From an uncultured bacterium (GTDB lineage Bacteria > SAR324 > NAC60-12): a DNA stretch of 64,000 nucleotides. The stretch lies in NCBI GenBank assembly GCA_965662845.1, contig CBFIJD010000003.1, positions 387 to 64,386 on the forward strand. Direction: 5' to 3'. Positions within the stretch are counted from its first letter, which is position 1. Every line of letters begins with the position of its first letter. The position numbers and the translations under genes are program-made. Positions 39,001 to 48,183 of the stretch are shown in pieces. The notes under the pieces are model-generated. The model saw nothing but the letters and a program-made list of their open reading frames with translations. It was not told the DNA's origin and did no database searches.

Positions 39001-39621
39001 GGCGATGTCGGCAGCCAGATCGGAGCAAATCTTTTGATAATACTTCCGCATCTCGCGAGCTTCTCGGTTGGCTTCGCCGTTGGCTAATCGCTCCGTCTCG
39101 GCTTGTACGCGGCTCAGCTTCTCGCGTTTTTCGGGCAGGATGCGTTGTTTGTAATGAAATTCTTTCTCCATCTCCTGCACATGAATTTCTTGCAACGTCG
39201 GCAAGTCGGCGAGTGCATAGCAAAACACCGCTTGGATAATGCTGTCCATCAGCGTGGTGTTGTAGGCCAAGATTTCAAATGAGTTGCTTGTCTCCAAATT
39301 TCGGGCGACGATCTTTTCCTTCTCAGTCAAATAGAACTCGTGCACAATCTCTCCGCACCGCCGCTCACGCCATGCCAGCATCTCGAACGCTAACAAATCG
39401 GGAGCGTCATCGGGGTCGTCTAACCGCGCACGCAGTCGCTGTAGATAGTCTGTCGTCAGCTGATCTCGGTTTTGCAGCCGGAAGGGCTCCAAGAACGGAT
39501 AGTGTTCCACAGCGTTGAGCAGCTGCTGCTGCATGGAGGGGCTTGCGTGCTCTGATTTGTTCATGAAAAGCGTATCCTTTTGTTGAAGCAGAAAACCTTT
39601 TTCGTACGTCAGGTATTTCAA
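36094..39621 (-). CDS. GlnD-like bifunctional uridylyltransferase/uridylyl-removing enzyme homolog (1175 aa) with an N-terminal extension
   Basis: The nucleotidyltransferase motif is ..ILARGGYGRGELSFASDRDLGYC.. and the HD domain is ..LFHDVGKIDP...LLIVHHM... C-terminal ACT-like segments include ..VSVVTNPRGRPTGLLIYVREAPQIHSRVAYALSLRHLNIEAGKMNKV... The order matches GlnD, with an extra N-terminal region of about 170 aa. No PII gene is adjacent. Confidence 0.6.
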   Translation of the reverse strand: MKYLTYEKGFLLQQKDTLFMNKSEHASPSMQQQLLNAVEHYPFLEPFRLQNRDQLTTDYLQRLRARLDDPDDAPDLLAFEMLAWRERRCGEIVHEFYLTEKEKIVARNLETSNSFEILAYNTTLMDSIIQAVFCYALADLPTLQEIHVQEMEKEFHYKQRILPEKREKLSRVQAETERLANGEANREAREMRKYYQKICSDLAADIAEHEERTATLAALLRTAKDCPIDRAFVEAHLVILARGGYGRGELSFASDRDLGYCLDTAHLEAGEAEIIRQLVIRIETLLNVARVVTAHQYFEIDEDFERFQQGGMLQTIPSILESRVLVGSQRLADALKQHFFAILPYEPYVMEKLETYLTQARPQLNQADLKNDLGGLRSLQVPLWIAAATFGEFPSYTVEMLALLLKRRLLTPRQAYKLCQALEFTYDIRNFTGVAQEYYFDEEARDSGCHETGLEPNVINDNMERLYLLKKRRFRNVDDFDRFRLLMQHNIQELSRALVRNILERKVVRTFQMFQVTVYLRRRRIVEINALEGMPQVPLRLIFSDPLRLMDLFIYIGKMGYDLAFELKDEMADVLQTLTTDLIRDKAPEMTEKFSELMMTPYVDRALRIMLEIHDPIGMNDPSCFEGAAEQALVPDTLLGRFIPECNQMRFLLRNLTYHQHPVCVHSLNAVEAAEEELGTLKRQYPELHQHLKPKHILALKWSMLFHDVGKIDPSTRHQISGTSMAVRALERLGYNDPELFSLISLLIVHHMTVARLSKTSAYFDQAVQQFFEIANRDLVNVILLYLVNLSDYRSVSDVTAKDTRPLRNFFEETYRVYTEMRSNGYPHDPMEAINNYLDKKKQDLEFDTRINLLIQQSLQSTLDDALFSPVARLQPQEHERLLRDREEMEKLWRHLKMGSLDEKGTDQTTEKLIRSIRQHVSAETLDQLIANYQRQMDWFFATFPNRFLLSAKPEVLAQQLLRFENCWDTEATVSVVTNPRGRPTGLLIYVREAPQIHSRVAYALSLRHLNIEAGKMNKVHFADGTCGYCYYFQITAKSSAMLFPRELEQSILYDSPPPIATEKQGFLYNPRLHLEFLGDDDKGYIVQEDTAGKFQRLSQPFLRVKLTLEDAPLIFYRMADSFDRFQVPVQQSLVTTTGFQVNDYFYIHQSDYQKLRNSGFEEVVKRSLSFPQPN

Positions 39622-39761
39622 GTTTTGGTTTTTCTGTTATGTATTCGGGCGCACATCCTTTTCACCCAGACTCCACCGGTCTCTAAGCCTCTCTGTCCTT
39701 CGAGGCATGCACTTGGTTTTCCGGACCCACCCAATCGCCAAAATCGGGAGTTAACGCCACC

Positions 39762-41027
39762 ATGGATTACGAATCCTCTTTTGCTCAGCCTAGCCAAGAT
39801 TTCTCACTTGACCTGCCGCACTTAGACTTCATGCGTCTGCAGAGTGATGTTTACGATGCGATCACAGAGATTCGCAAGCAGCAGGGTTTTTCTATCATAC
39901 AAAAACTCATGGGAATGATTTTTGGCAAGAAGACTGTGGAGCACAGCGAGACGCTCAATGCCGCTTACTTCGCAGACGTTGAGGGTGGGAAGTCTACCCG
40001 CGAGTTGATCGCTCAACTTGAAGAGAATCCCGCGCGCTGCCAAGTTCGCTCAAACCTCGTGAAAAATTTATTGGAGAAGAAAAAGAGCTACGAAATCACG
40101 ACGTATCGCCAGATGCTCTTGCAGTCTTGTCTCTCGCTTTACGTCGGCGGCACCAGCCCCCGCAACCTGCAAACTGCGGGGCAGATGTATTTGCACTATC
40201 TCCGGCAAGTTGCCGAGATGAACAAGAAAAAGTTGCTGAGTGTGCGTTCAGATCAGCTAAAGACCATCGACGTGAGCCGCATCTCGATGGATGACATGAA
40301 CAAAGATTTAGAAGGCTTGGAACCAGAAGATGTCTCCACGCTCCACGAGCTAAACCTCTCGCTGCACCTCTTGGAACGCAACAAAGAGTTGATCAGCCAG
40401 ATGATCACCAGCATCTCGATTCCTCTGGATCTCTCGGAATTGAATCGCTTAGACCCCAAAGTCAGCGGAGAGCGATCTTTCCTCGGCGAGAACGGTGGCG
40501 GCAGCGGCATCAACGAGAAAGAAACCATCATCATCCGTAAGGCGACCGCCATTGTGGACGTGATGCGCTACATCCTCCCCCTTCACAGTCTCGGCATTAG
40601 CATCTCGCGTCGCCTCCAAGCCATTGAACCAGCGATTCCTCAGCATTATTTGCTAGAAGCCCGCATTCGCACGGAAGCGTTCAGCACACTTTTGCTCCGC
40701 ATGGAACTCAAGCAACCGGTGAAACAGCACCTCTATCCCACTTACAAAAAAATGATGGAGGCCTACTATAAGGCGTTCAAACGCACGTCGAAATCGACAC
40801 CGGACGCCAAGGAGTTCGCGATCTTCTCTGAGTTTGCGCAGGCGGCTTACCTCGCTCACCTACATCGCAAAAACTTAGGGCTGGAGTCTTCACACGTTGC
40901 CGAAATGTTGAAAGACGCCAAACAAGCGGTAGACCTCGCGATGGTGATCGAACCGCACCCCAACCAACGCAAGATGCAAGCGCGCATCAACGAGCAATTG
41001 CAGGACTACGGAGTCACCCCCGAGTAG
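39762..41027 (+). CDS. Hypothetical cytoplasmic protein (421 aa)
   Basis: A long ORF with normal composition and no recognised motifs. It contains a Gly-rich loop ..GENGGGSGINEKE.. Confidence 0.45.
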   Translation: MDYESSFAQPSQDFSLDLPHLDFMRLQSDVYDAITEIRKQQGFSIIQKLMGMIFGKKTVEHSETLNAAYFADVEGGKSTRELIAQLEENPARCQVRSNLVKNLLEKKKSYEITTYRQMLLQSCLSLYVGGTSPRNLQTAGQMYLHYLRQVAEMNKKKLLSVRSDQLKTIDVSRISMDDMNKDLEGLEPEDVSTLHELNLSLHLLERNKELISQMITSISIPLDLSELNRLDPKVSGERSFLGENGGGSGINEKETIIIRKATAIVDVMRYILPLHSLGISISRRLQAIEPAIPQHYLLEARIRTEAFSTLLLRMELKQPVKQHLYPTYKKMMEAYYKAFKRTSKSTPDAKEFAIFSEFAQAAYLAHLHRKNLGLESSHVAEMLKDAKQAVDLAMVIEPHPNQRKMQARINEQLQDYGVTPE

Positions 41028-41154
41028 CCAACCCCCTCGGAATATTCGTTGCATTACGCACAAACTCCCTGCGTCAGGATGAACGCAATCCTTTCGTCAT
41101 GGGCGAGTAGAATGGACTCTACTGCCGTGACCGCATGCAAAAGCCCAAGGCTTT

Positions 41155-41460
41155 TTGTCACACAGGTCTCTGATGAAGCAGAAGTTGTTGCCCTACCTAC
41201 TCGGCTCTACGCTGCTCTGGGCACTCCCCGTCGGGGCGCAACAGGCGCAGCCTAGCGTAGACGAAGACACCATCCGCCGCGCCGCACAGAACATTTCCTA
41301 CGAACAGACCAACGAGCGCGGGCTCTATCTTGAGCCCAACACCGAAACGCGGAACATGCCGCACGCTCGCAGCATCTATCCCGAATCCCCCCTAGGCCGC
41401 ACCCTGCCTCCAACCGTCTTCTATGGTGGCATCCCCAAAGTTACCGGCAAAGGCGGCTGA
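41155..41460 (+). CDS. Small secreted hypothetical protein
   Basis: Signal peptide MKQKLLPYLLGSTLLWALPVGAQQ. Weak call. Confidence 0.3.
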   Translation: MSHRSLMKQKLLPYLLGSTLLWALPVGAQQAQPSVDEDTIRRAAQNISYEQTNERGLYLEPNTETRNMPHARSIYPESPLGRTLPPTVFYGGIPKVTGKGG

Positions 41461-42429
41461 TCACGGCGAAATCTGCACAACGACCACATACGGGGGCTCA
41501 CGCACCAACGAAGCGTCGGGGGGCGCTAGCCTCAAGTTTGGAGCCGTCGTGAGCACCAACTCGTCAAAGATCGGCTCTCGGCTCGTCTGCAAAATCTCCT
41601 GCCCCACGACCTTCCCTTGCGCATCAATCTGCAGCTGAACCCGCAAGGGATCCAGCGCTCGCTCTCGCAAATTCCGATTTTCTTGCCGAAAGAACATCAG
41701 CTGGTTGCGCAGCGTCTGCCAGATGTGCCGGTTGTATGTGCGCTCTGCTAAATGTCGGCGAAACTGTGAGAGCGGCGGTTCCTGCGTCGCGGAGGCCTCT
41801 GCTGCGGTCGACTCGGTCGAATCCTCGTTGGCAAGGGGGGAAGGCTCTATGGGCGTGAGCGGCTCTTGCGCAACCAACGCCGTGGCCCCGTCTGCTGTTT
41901 GTTCCGCTGGCGCAGGCTGCGCTTCTGGCGGAGTCTCAGCGAGCGCTTGAGGCTCTGGGGCTGGCGCAGGAGAGGCCGGTCGTGGGGCCGGTTCTAGCCG
42001 AGCGATGGGGGAAGGCTCTGGGCGTTTGGGGGCGAGCAGCGCCGTGGCCGTCGGTTCGACAAACGCGACGAGGGTGCGAGCCGTCTCGGTCCGACGCTCC
42101 GCTGTGCACGGTTGTTCGCACATCATCGTGTAGAGCACCGAGGACGTAGCGTCCCTGCGCGACAGTCGCACTCTCCAGCCGCGCGCCTGTTCTTCGACCT
42201 GAACGAAAAACGCCACGGAGCGCGCTGACGGCGGAACCGCGTTGGCAGCAAAAACATAACTCGGAGCTAAGATGTCTTGTAGCTCTTGATGAAACTCTTG
42301 TTCTGCGAGGCTGGGGACAGGCTTAGGGCTTTGGAGGGTCAGTCGGGCCATTGGCAGCATCTCGGCCCCTGCAAAGCTTCCGCTGCTTAGCAGAGACCAC
42401 CCGATCAAACCCCAGTGCATCCATTTCAT
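41461..42429 (-). CDS. Secreted proline-rich protein with a C-terminal TonB-C-like domain
   Basis: A signal peptide is followed by a Pro/Ala/Glu-rich linker (..PEPSPIARLEPAPRPASPAPAPEPQ..) and a C-terminal domain of about 90 aa (..RVQLQIDAQGKVVGQEIL...PPYVVVVQI). The pattern resembles TonB C-terminal domains; this is an inference. Confidence 0.45.
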   Translation of the reverse strand: MKWMHWGLIGWSLLSSGSFAGAEMLPMARLTLQSPKPVPSLAEQEFHQELQDILAPSYVFAANAVPPSARSVAFFVQVEEQARGWRVRLSRRDATSSVLYTMMCEQPCTAERRTETARTLVAFVEPTATALLAPKRPEPSPIARLEPAPRPASPAPAPEPQALAETPPEAQPAPAEQTADGATALVAQEPLTPIEPSPLANEDSTESTAAEASATQEPPLSQFRRHLAERTYNRHIWQTLRNQLMFFRQENRNLRERALDPLRVQLQIDAQGKVVGQEILQTSREPIFDELVLTTAPNLRLAPPDASLVREPPYVVVVQISP

Positions 42430-42503
42430 AAAGCACCTTGTGGGCGAGCAGAGCCGAACAGCTCTGCGTGGGGAAGAATACGTTTGACGAAAATTGGGAC
42501 GTG

Positions 42504-43880
42504 CTAGGCGTGTGCCGCCAGAAGCTGGCGACGCTGTAGAATTCGCTGCACTTGACGTTGTTTACGGTCATCAAAGCGATATGGCAATAAAATCGCGGCG
42601 GCCACGATCAAAAACACACCGACTCCGGGACCAAATAGCCACGCTAACGCAGCAGAGACCTCGGGAGATTGCGTCACATTGGGCACAAAACCAATGAGTT
42701 CTAACGCGACACCGGCTCCTGCGACAGCTAAGGCCCGCGCGATTTTTGCGCCCAGCCGCCAGACTCCGAAATACACGCCCGCGCGATTGGAGCCGGTGCA
42801 CACCTGGTCATAGTCGATGACATCCGTCAAGATCGAATCCAACAGCACCACTGATCCCACACAGCTACCCAAAAACACGCCCCCAATCACAATCGGAATC
42901 CACACGTTCCCCGGTGGAAAAAATGGGTAGGTAACGCACGTAAACATCCCCAACGCAGACACGCCGTACAGCAACGGGCGCAGTTTGCCAATGCGCCGCG
43001 AGAGCAGCACCCACCCCACCAGCGAAAGCGTCAACACCAACATGAAGACGACGAGGATCGTCTGCACATCTTCCTCCGCAAATTCTAAGCGATAGCGATA
43101 GTAATACAGCGCCAACGCTCCGTTCACTGCCACGCCAAAGGTCGCGATGATATAGGCAACCAGCAGCGGACGAAAAGCCTGATTTTGCAAGGAAGCGAGC
43201 ACACTCGAGCGCAGCGAGACGTTCTCTGCTTGGTGGTGCATCGGCTGTCGCGACGTCGCCGCCCACGCAAGCAAGGCGACTCCCAACACAATCCCAGCGA
43301 GGATCACACTCATCGAGTTCATCGCGCCTAGCTGCGCAGCTGCAGTCCGCTCTGCGGCCTCTCCAGCTAAAAACGCGCCCGGCAATCCCGCCCCCACAAT
43401 CGCTCCCATGTTCCCAAAACCAAAACGGATCGCAAACAAGGTTGAGCGCTCGTCACGGTCGGTCGTCATCTCTCCTGCCATCGCCATATGCGGCACAGAT
43501 AGTACCGTCATCGCAGTGTTCAGAAAGAGAAACCCAGCTAGCAGATACGCAAACTTCTGCCACGTCTCTGGCAAGTCTGGCGGCGAGAACAAGACGTAGA
43601 CACTCACCGCGAGCAACACCCCCCCCACCCACAAAAACAGCCGACGCCCGCCCAACCGCTCATACCAGCGGTCGCTGAGATAGCCCATCAACGGATCCGT
43701 CACCGCATCCCACAGCAGCCCCAACGCCACGGCCAACCCTGTGAGCCCAGGGCTGAGCCCCACAGCGTCCGTGTAGAAAATCAGCAAATAGAGACGCAGC
43801 AAGGTCTCCACCGCGTTGATGCCGGTCTCAGCGACAGAATACCCTATTTTCGTCAGGGTCGGGATCTGCGCTGTGCTCAC
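42504..43880 (-). CDS. MFS transporter, GPH (glycoside-pentoside-hexuronide:cation symporter) family
   Basis: It has twelve TM segments. The N-terminus ..LLRLYLLIFYTDAVGLSPGLTGLAVALGLLWDAVTDPLMGYLSDR.. is the GPH/MelB-type signature (D..TDP..G..SDR). Confidence 0.8.
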   Translation of the reverse strand: MSTAQIPTLTKIGYSVAETGINAVETLLRLYLLIFYTDAVGLSPGLTGLAVALGLLWDAVTDPLMGYLSDRWYERLGGRRLFLWVGGVLLAVSVYVLFSPPDLPETWQKFAYLLAGFLFLNTAMTVLSVPHMAMAGEMTTDRDERSTLFAIRFGFGNMGAIVGAGLPGAFLAGEAAERTAAAQLGAMNSMSVILAGIVLGVALLAWAATSRQPMHHQAENVSLRSSVLASLQNQAFRPLLVAYIIATFGVAVNGALALYYYRYRLEFAEEDVQTILVVFMLVLTLSLVGWVLLSRRIGKLRPLLYGVSALGMFTCVTYPFFPPGNVWIPIVIGGVFLGSCVGSVVLLDSILTDVIDYDQVCTGSNRAGVYFGVWRLGAKIARALAVAGAGVALELIGFVPNVTQSPEVSAALAWLFGPGVGVFLIVAAAILLPYRFDDRKQRQVQRILQRRQLLAAHA

Positions 43881-45277
43881 TTAGTTCCTTTGGCGACAGC
43901 GGCAAACATCGCTTTGGCGTGTTGACTCGCAACGCGGTGATCTACTATGGGCGCAGGATACTCCTCTCGCAGCAGCCCCCCGGTCTCTTTGTGCCATTGA
44001 TGCAGACGCTTCGGGGACACCGAACGCAGCTCTGGAACCCAGCGATGAATATAGGCCCCCTCTGCGTCAAACTTTTGCTGCTGAAGCCACGGGTTAAAAA
44101 TCCGGAAGTACGGCTGCGCGTCACATCCCGTAGAAGCAGCCCACTGCCAGCTTCCATTGTTCACACAGGGGTCATAATCGACCAAGCGCTGGGCAAAATA
44201 GCGCTCGCCCCAACGCCAGTCGATGTGCAAATCTTTGGTCAAAAACGACGCGACGATCATGCGTGCGCGGTTGTGCATATATCCTGTGGCGTTCAGCTCA
44301 CGCATGCCGGCGTCGACGATTGGGAAGCCCGTGCGCCCTTCGCACCACGCCGCAAACTGCTCTTCGTTGTGCGCCCACTCCACCGCGTCATATTGCGTCT
44401 GAAACGCGGCTCCAAACACGCGCGGAAAATGAAACGCGATCTGTGTAAAAAAGTCGCGCCAGTACAACTGCCGAACCAAGCCCTGCTCTGCCCCTAAGGT
44501 CGACAACATGGCATGAAACACTTCACGAACGGAGACCGTCCCAAATTTGTGATGCGCAGAGAGCCTGGTCGTCTCCCGCTTCTTCGCCGGAAAATCTCGC
44601 TCGGTCTGGTAGTCGCCAAAACGAGAGAGGTCCGCCAAAATTTGCTGGGCGGCGGCTCTGCCACCTAGCGGCGTATCGGCGTGTCGGGCGCCAAATGAGA
44701 AGTCACTCAACACATGCCCGCGCGACTCCTGCAGCGGCAACGGGTCTGTTGCGAAAGCAGCGGCGGGGAGAGCTTGCGGCGTCGGCACAGGCAGCTTGCT
44801 CGCGTTTTTGTAGAAAGGCGTAAAGACGGTGTAAGGGTCGTGGTTGGCTTTGCGCGTCTTCTCTGGTGGGTGCAGCAACACGTCATCCACGCTGTGAAAA
44901 ACGGCTTGCTGCGCTTGGCACACGTCTGCCATTTGCTGATCGCGCTGTTGACTGAAGGGCGTGAAATCGCGATTGACAAAGACCGCTGCGGCTTGTGTCT
45001 GTTTCAACAGCTCGGGCAGCAGCTCATGCGGTCGTCCATACAACACATAGAGTTTGCCTTGCGCGACCTCCATCTGACGCTGCAAGTCCTCTAGTGATTC
45101 CACGAGAAAACGCAACGCCGCGTCGCTGCGATAGGGATGAGCTTCCAGTTGACGAGGATCGAAACAGAAGCAAGCCCACACCTTGGAGGACGATGCGAGC
45201 GCTTGATGAAGGCCAAGATTGTCTGACAGACGCAGGTCGCGCCGAAAGAAAAAGAGCGAGTTTGCGTACATGAGCAT
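43877..45277 (-). CDS. phr: Deoxyribodipyrimidine photolyase / cryptochrome-family flavoprotein
   Basis: The N-terminal photolyase domain is ..LFFFRRDLRLSDNLGL.. and the C-terminal FAD-binding signature is ..TGYMHNRARMIVASFLTKDL.IDWRWGERYFAQRLVDYDPCVNNGSWQWAASTG.DAQPYFRIFNP.. It overlaps the MFS start by 4 bp. Confidence 0.9.
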   Translation of the reverse strand: MLMYANSLFFFRRDLRLSDNLGLHQALASSSKVWACFCFDPRQLEAHPYRSDAALRFLVESLEDLQRQMEVAQGKLYVLYGRPHELLPELLKQTQAAAVFVNRDFTPFSQQRDQQMADVCQAQQAVFHSVDDVLLHPPEKTRKANHDPYTVFTPFYKNASKLPVPTPQALPAAAFATDPLPLQESRGHVLSDFSFGARHADTPLGGRAAAQQILADLSRFGDYQTERDFPAKKRETTRLSAHHKFGTVSVREVFHAMLSTLGAEQGLVRQLYWRDFFTQIAFHFPRVFGAAFQTQYDAVEWAHNEEQFAAWCEGRTGFPIVDAGMRELNATGYMHNRARMIVASFLTKDLHIDWRWGERYFAQRLVDYDPCVNNGSWQWAASTGCDAQPYFRIFNPWLQQQKFDAEGAYIHRWVPELRSVSPKRLHQWHKETGGLLREEYPAPIVDHRVASQHAKAMFAAVAKGTK

Positions 45278-45335
45278 CGTTACGGGAGGTTGAGGCTGCC
45301 CTCCGGAGAAGGCAGGAAGGAGAGAAGGAAGAGCT

Positions 45336-47369
45336 TTAGTTGGCGAGCGAACGCTGCGTGGAGAAGGGCAGCTGATAGTCTGGGAAGACCTTGCGGATTT
45401 CTTGCGCGACTAAGTTCGGATTGGCCTTCAGTTTACTGGAGAACCCCGAGAAAACATGGGCCTTGCTGCACAAACAGCCGCGCATCGCTTCCAGCCCATC
45501 ATGCGGCAAGTACTCAAACTGCTGCACCGTCTCGTCTTCGATGAGGAAATCCATTAAGTCGTCAAACACCTTCTTGAGTGGTCGCACCGGCGTGTCCATT
45601 TGGGCATAGCGCAAGACCAGCGCGCGGATCACATGCTGTGGCGAAATGCTGATCGTCTGGTTGCGGTGACGGTTACGATACAGCAGATTGAACAGATATG
45701 TATCTGGCAGCCCCTTCTTCACCGGTTGGTGAATCAGATGACAGTTCCCACTCTCGCGTCCAAACTCAAATGACGCCGAGATCGGCGCATTGCCGAGCGA
45801 CGACGCACAATAGAAGTTGAAGTTGATGCGCACCGGTTCAACGCGTCCGGTCTCTGGGTTGAGATAACTGATCTGCACTGGCAAGGTCTCGTCCTGTTGC
45901 GTCTGAATCCGACCAAAGTGCCCAATCTTAATGTAGGTCGCGCTCTCCAAAATATCGGCCAGCTTCTCGCGCAACGCCTCTCGATTGTCAATCTGCCACA
46001 AGCGCCAACCGTTTTCGCGGAACGTGTTCCACAGGTGCTCGCTCTGACGAGCCAGCGCAGAGCTTGCGCTCTCTCTGCCCACGACGGCAAATGGGACCTC
46101 TGGGACGTCTTCGGTTTCACTCGCAGCTTCGCCGTTCGATTGCAGGTCTTTCGACACAGGAACTTTGCGGCGTTTCTCCACCAGCTCGTAATAGATTTCC
46201 TTGAAGTCTTCCGGCCGTAAATATTCGGTCTCGGCTAAGGCGCACGTGCGCTGGACGACGTTCTCTAGCTCACGAATATTTCCTTCCCAAGGCCACAGTC
46301 GCAGCAGCTCTAGCGCGTTCGGGTCTACGCCGATCACGCGTGGATTCAAGCTGGCGTTCTTCTGAATGAAGTGCTGGATCAGCAGCGGGAGATCTTCTTG
46401 GCGTTCGCGCAGTGGAGGCAGATGGATCGTGAAGACATTCAGACGATAGAGCAGATCTTCGCGGAAATCGCGTGACTTGATCCGGTCTTCTAAGCCTTGA
46501 TTTGTTGCGCTGATCACCCGCACGTTGACCTTCATGTGCCGGTTGCTGCCAACGGGGAGCACTTCGCCTTCCTGCAACATGCGCAGCAGCTTCACTTGCA
46601 GGGGCAGCGGGGTGTCCCCGATTTCGTCTAGGAACAGCGTCCCGCCATCTGCATATTTCACTAGCCCTTCTTTCTTGCCAATCGCGCCCGTGAACGCGCC
46701 CTTCTCGTGCCCAAACAGCTCGCTCTCGAACAGTTCTGACGGAATCGCTCCACAATTGACAGGGACGAACGGGCCGTTCTTGCGGCGGCTTCGCTTGTAG
46801 ATTTCGCGGGCGACTAGCTCCTTTCCCGTGCCCGTCTCTCCACGGACGAGAATGGGACCGTCTAGCGGAGCAAACTTCTCAACAAGCTGCATCATCTCTT
46901 GAAACCGTGGCGCTTGTCCGACGAGCTGCCGCGGCATCTCAATCGTGCGCAGACGCAGCGTCTCATTCAGCTTATATTCGCTGCTGAGCGCCTTGCGTTC
47001 TTCCACCAGCTTCTGCGCTCGCAGCAGGGCGTCTTGCAGCTTGCGCGAGTCGAACGGCTTGGAAATATAATCGTCGAAGCGACTATCCCGGAAAGCGGCC
47101 ACCAGCGTCTCAGTGCTCTCGAAGCCGGTCACCATGATCGTCACCAACTCAGGGGCGATTTCCTTCAGGTGCTTCCCGATTTTCAGCCCATCCACCTCTG
47201 GCAGTTGCTTGTCGATAATCGCGACATCGTACTTTTGCGCAAGTTCTGGAGTCGCCTGCAGCAAGGGCGCTCCGTTCTGCAAGAACTCCAATTCGTGGCC
47301 CGAACTCCGGAACCAGCCTTTGATGAGCGCCTCGACATAGGGCTCGTCGTCAATCACAAGAATTCTCAT
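45336..47369 (-). CDS. Sigma-54-dependent response regulator (REC + AAA+ enhancer-binding core) with a non-canonical C-terminal domain of about 270 aa and no recognisable HTH
   Basis: The receiver is MRILVIDDEPYVE..DVAIIDKQLPEVDG... The sigma-54 activator core is ..GETGTGKELVAREIY..ESELFGHEKGAFTGA..GGTLFLDEIGD...ISATN...FREDLLYRLNVF.. The C-terminal 270 aa (..WQIDNREALREKLADILESATYIKIGHFGR..) lack the Fis-type HTH that normally ends NtrC-family proteins. Confidence 0.85.
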   Translation of the reverse strand: MRILVIDDEPYVEALIKGWFRSSGHELEFLQNGAPLLQATPELAQKYDVAIIDKQLPEVDGLKIGKHLKEIAPELVTIMVTGFESTETLVAAFRDSRFDDYISKPFDSRKLQDALLRAQKLVEERKALSSEYKLNETLRLRTIEMPRQLVGQAPRFQEMMQLVEKFAPLDGPILVRGETGTGKELVAREIYKRSRRKNGPFVPVNCGAIPSELFESELFGHEKGAFTGAIGKKEGLVKYADGGTLFLDEIGDTPLPLQVKLLRMLQEGEVLPVGSNRHMKVNVRVISATNQGLEDRIKSRDFREDLLYRLNVFTIHLPPLRERQEDLPLLIQHFIQKNASLNPRVIGVDPNALELLRLWPWEGNIRELENVVQRTCALAETEYLRPEDFKEIYYELVEKRRKVPVSKDLQSNGEAASETEDVPEVPFAVVGRESASSALARQSEHLWNTFRENGWRLWQIDNREALREKLADILESATYIKIGHFGRIQTQQDETLPVQISYLNPETGRVEPVRINFNFYCASSLGNAPISASFEFGRESGNCHLIHQPVKKGLPDTYLFNLLYRNRHRNQTISISPQHVIRALVLRYAQMDTPVRPLKKVFDDLMDFLIEDETVQQFEYLPHDGLEAMRGCLCSKAHVFSGFSSKLKANPNLVAQEIRKVFPDYQLPFSTQRSLAN

Positions 47370-47766
47370 GGATACCTATTTTTGTGAGATATTAGCCTGA
47401 AAAAGACTCTTTTATCACGGAAATATAAAAATCACTGCAAAGAAGGGTTGCCTTTCCCTTGTGCGGAGGCTCTGTGAGAAAGGTTTCACAGAAAATCAAA
47501 AAAATACATGAAAAACAGAAACTTAACTTCTTTGAATCATCTACTCACATTGGCATAGCGTGTGTAGCAGAGACCGCAGTGTCGTTTCGGACAATGAGAC
47601 TGCTGCACAGGCGAAACCAAACTTTGGCCTCGCTGACTTTCCTCAAAAGCTTATTGTCCGAAAAATCTTTTCCAGACGAATTTGTCATAGTGAAAGAAAC
47701 TGCGACAACTTTATTCTGAAAAAAAGTTTACTCTTTTCTGACAAACGCTATATTGACGGGAATTCT

Positions 47767-48162
47767 GTGAATCAACCGACCAGACCCAAGGTAATCTTGG
47801 CCCTGGATGACGAACGCCCTAGTCTAGATTTGGTGCGCGCTGTGTTCCGGCGCCCGCGTTGGAAATTGATTTGTCTAGACCACGAAGAATCGTTCCATCA
47901 GGCTATTGCCGAAACGCAACCCGATCTCATTTTGCTCGATCACAACATGCCTCATAAATCAGGAATGCAGCTTTGTGCGGAACTGCGGGCATACGACTCC
48001 AACACTCCCGTGGTTTTCCTTACAGCCGACCAAGACACACGCCGCGAATCAGAGGCGCTGTCTCTCGGAGCGCAAGGGATGCTGCGGAAGCCCATCGCAC
48101 CACATCAGCTCAGACAATATGTGGAAAACCACCTCAGTCCGTCGGTACCCTCCACTGTCTGA
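47767..48162 (+). CDS. Single-domain response regulator (receiver)
   Basis: ..KVILALDDERPSLDLVRAV.....DLILLDHNMPHKSGMQLCAELR....PVVFLTADQD...EALSLGAQGMLRKP.. The start is uncertain: a GTG at 47767 or upstream. It is 21 bp before the LOV kinase gene. Confidence 0.7.
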   Translation: MNQPTRPKVILALDDERPSLDLVRAVFRRPRWKLICLDHEESFHQAIAETQPDLILLDHNMPHKSGMQLCAELRAYDSNTPVVFLTADQDTRRESEALSLGAQGMLRKPIAPHQLRQYVENHLSPSVPSTV

Positions 48163-48183
48163 TTAACTCTTTTCTCGCTCTGC

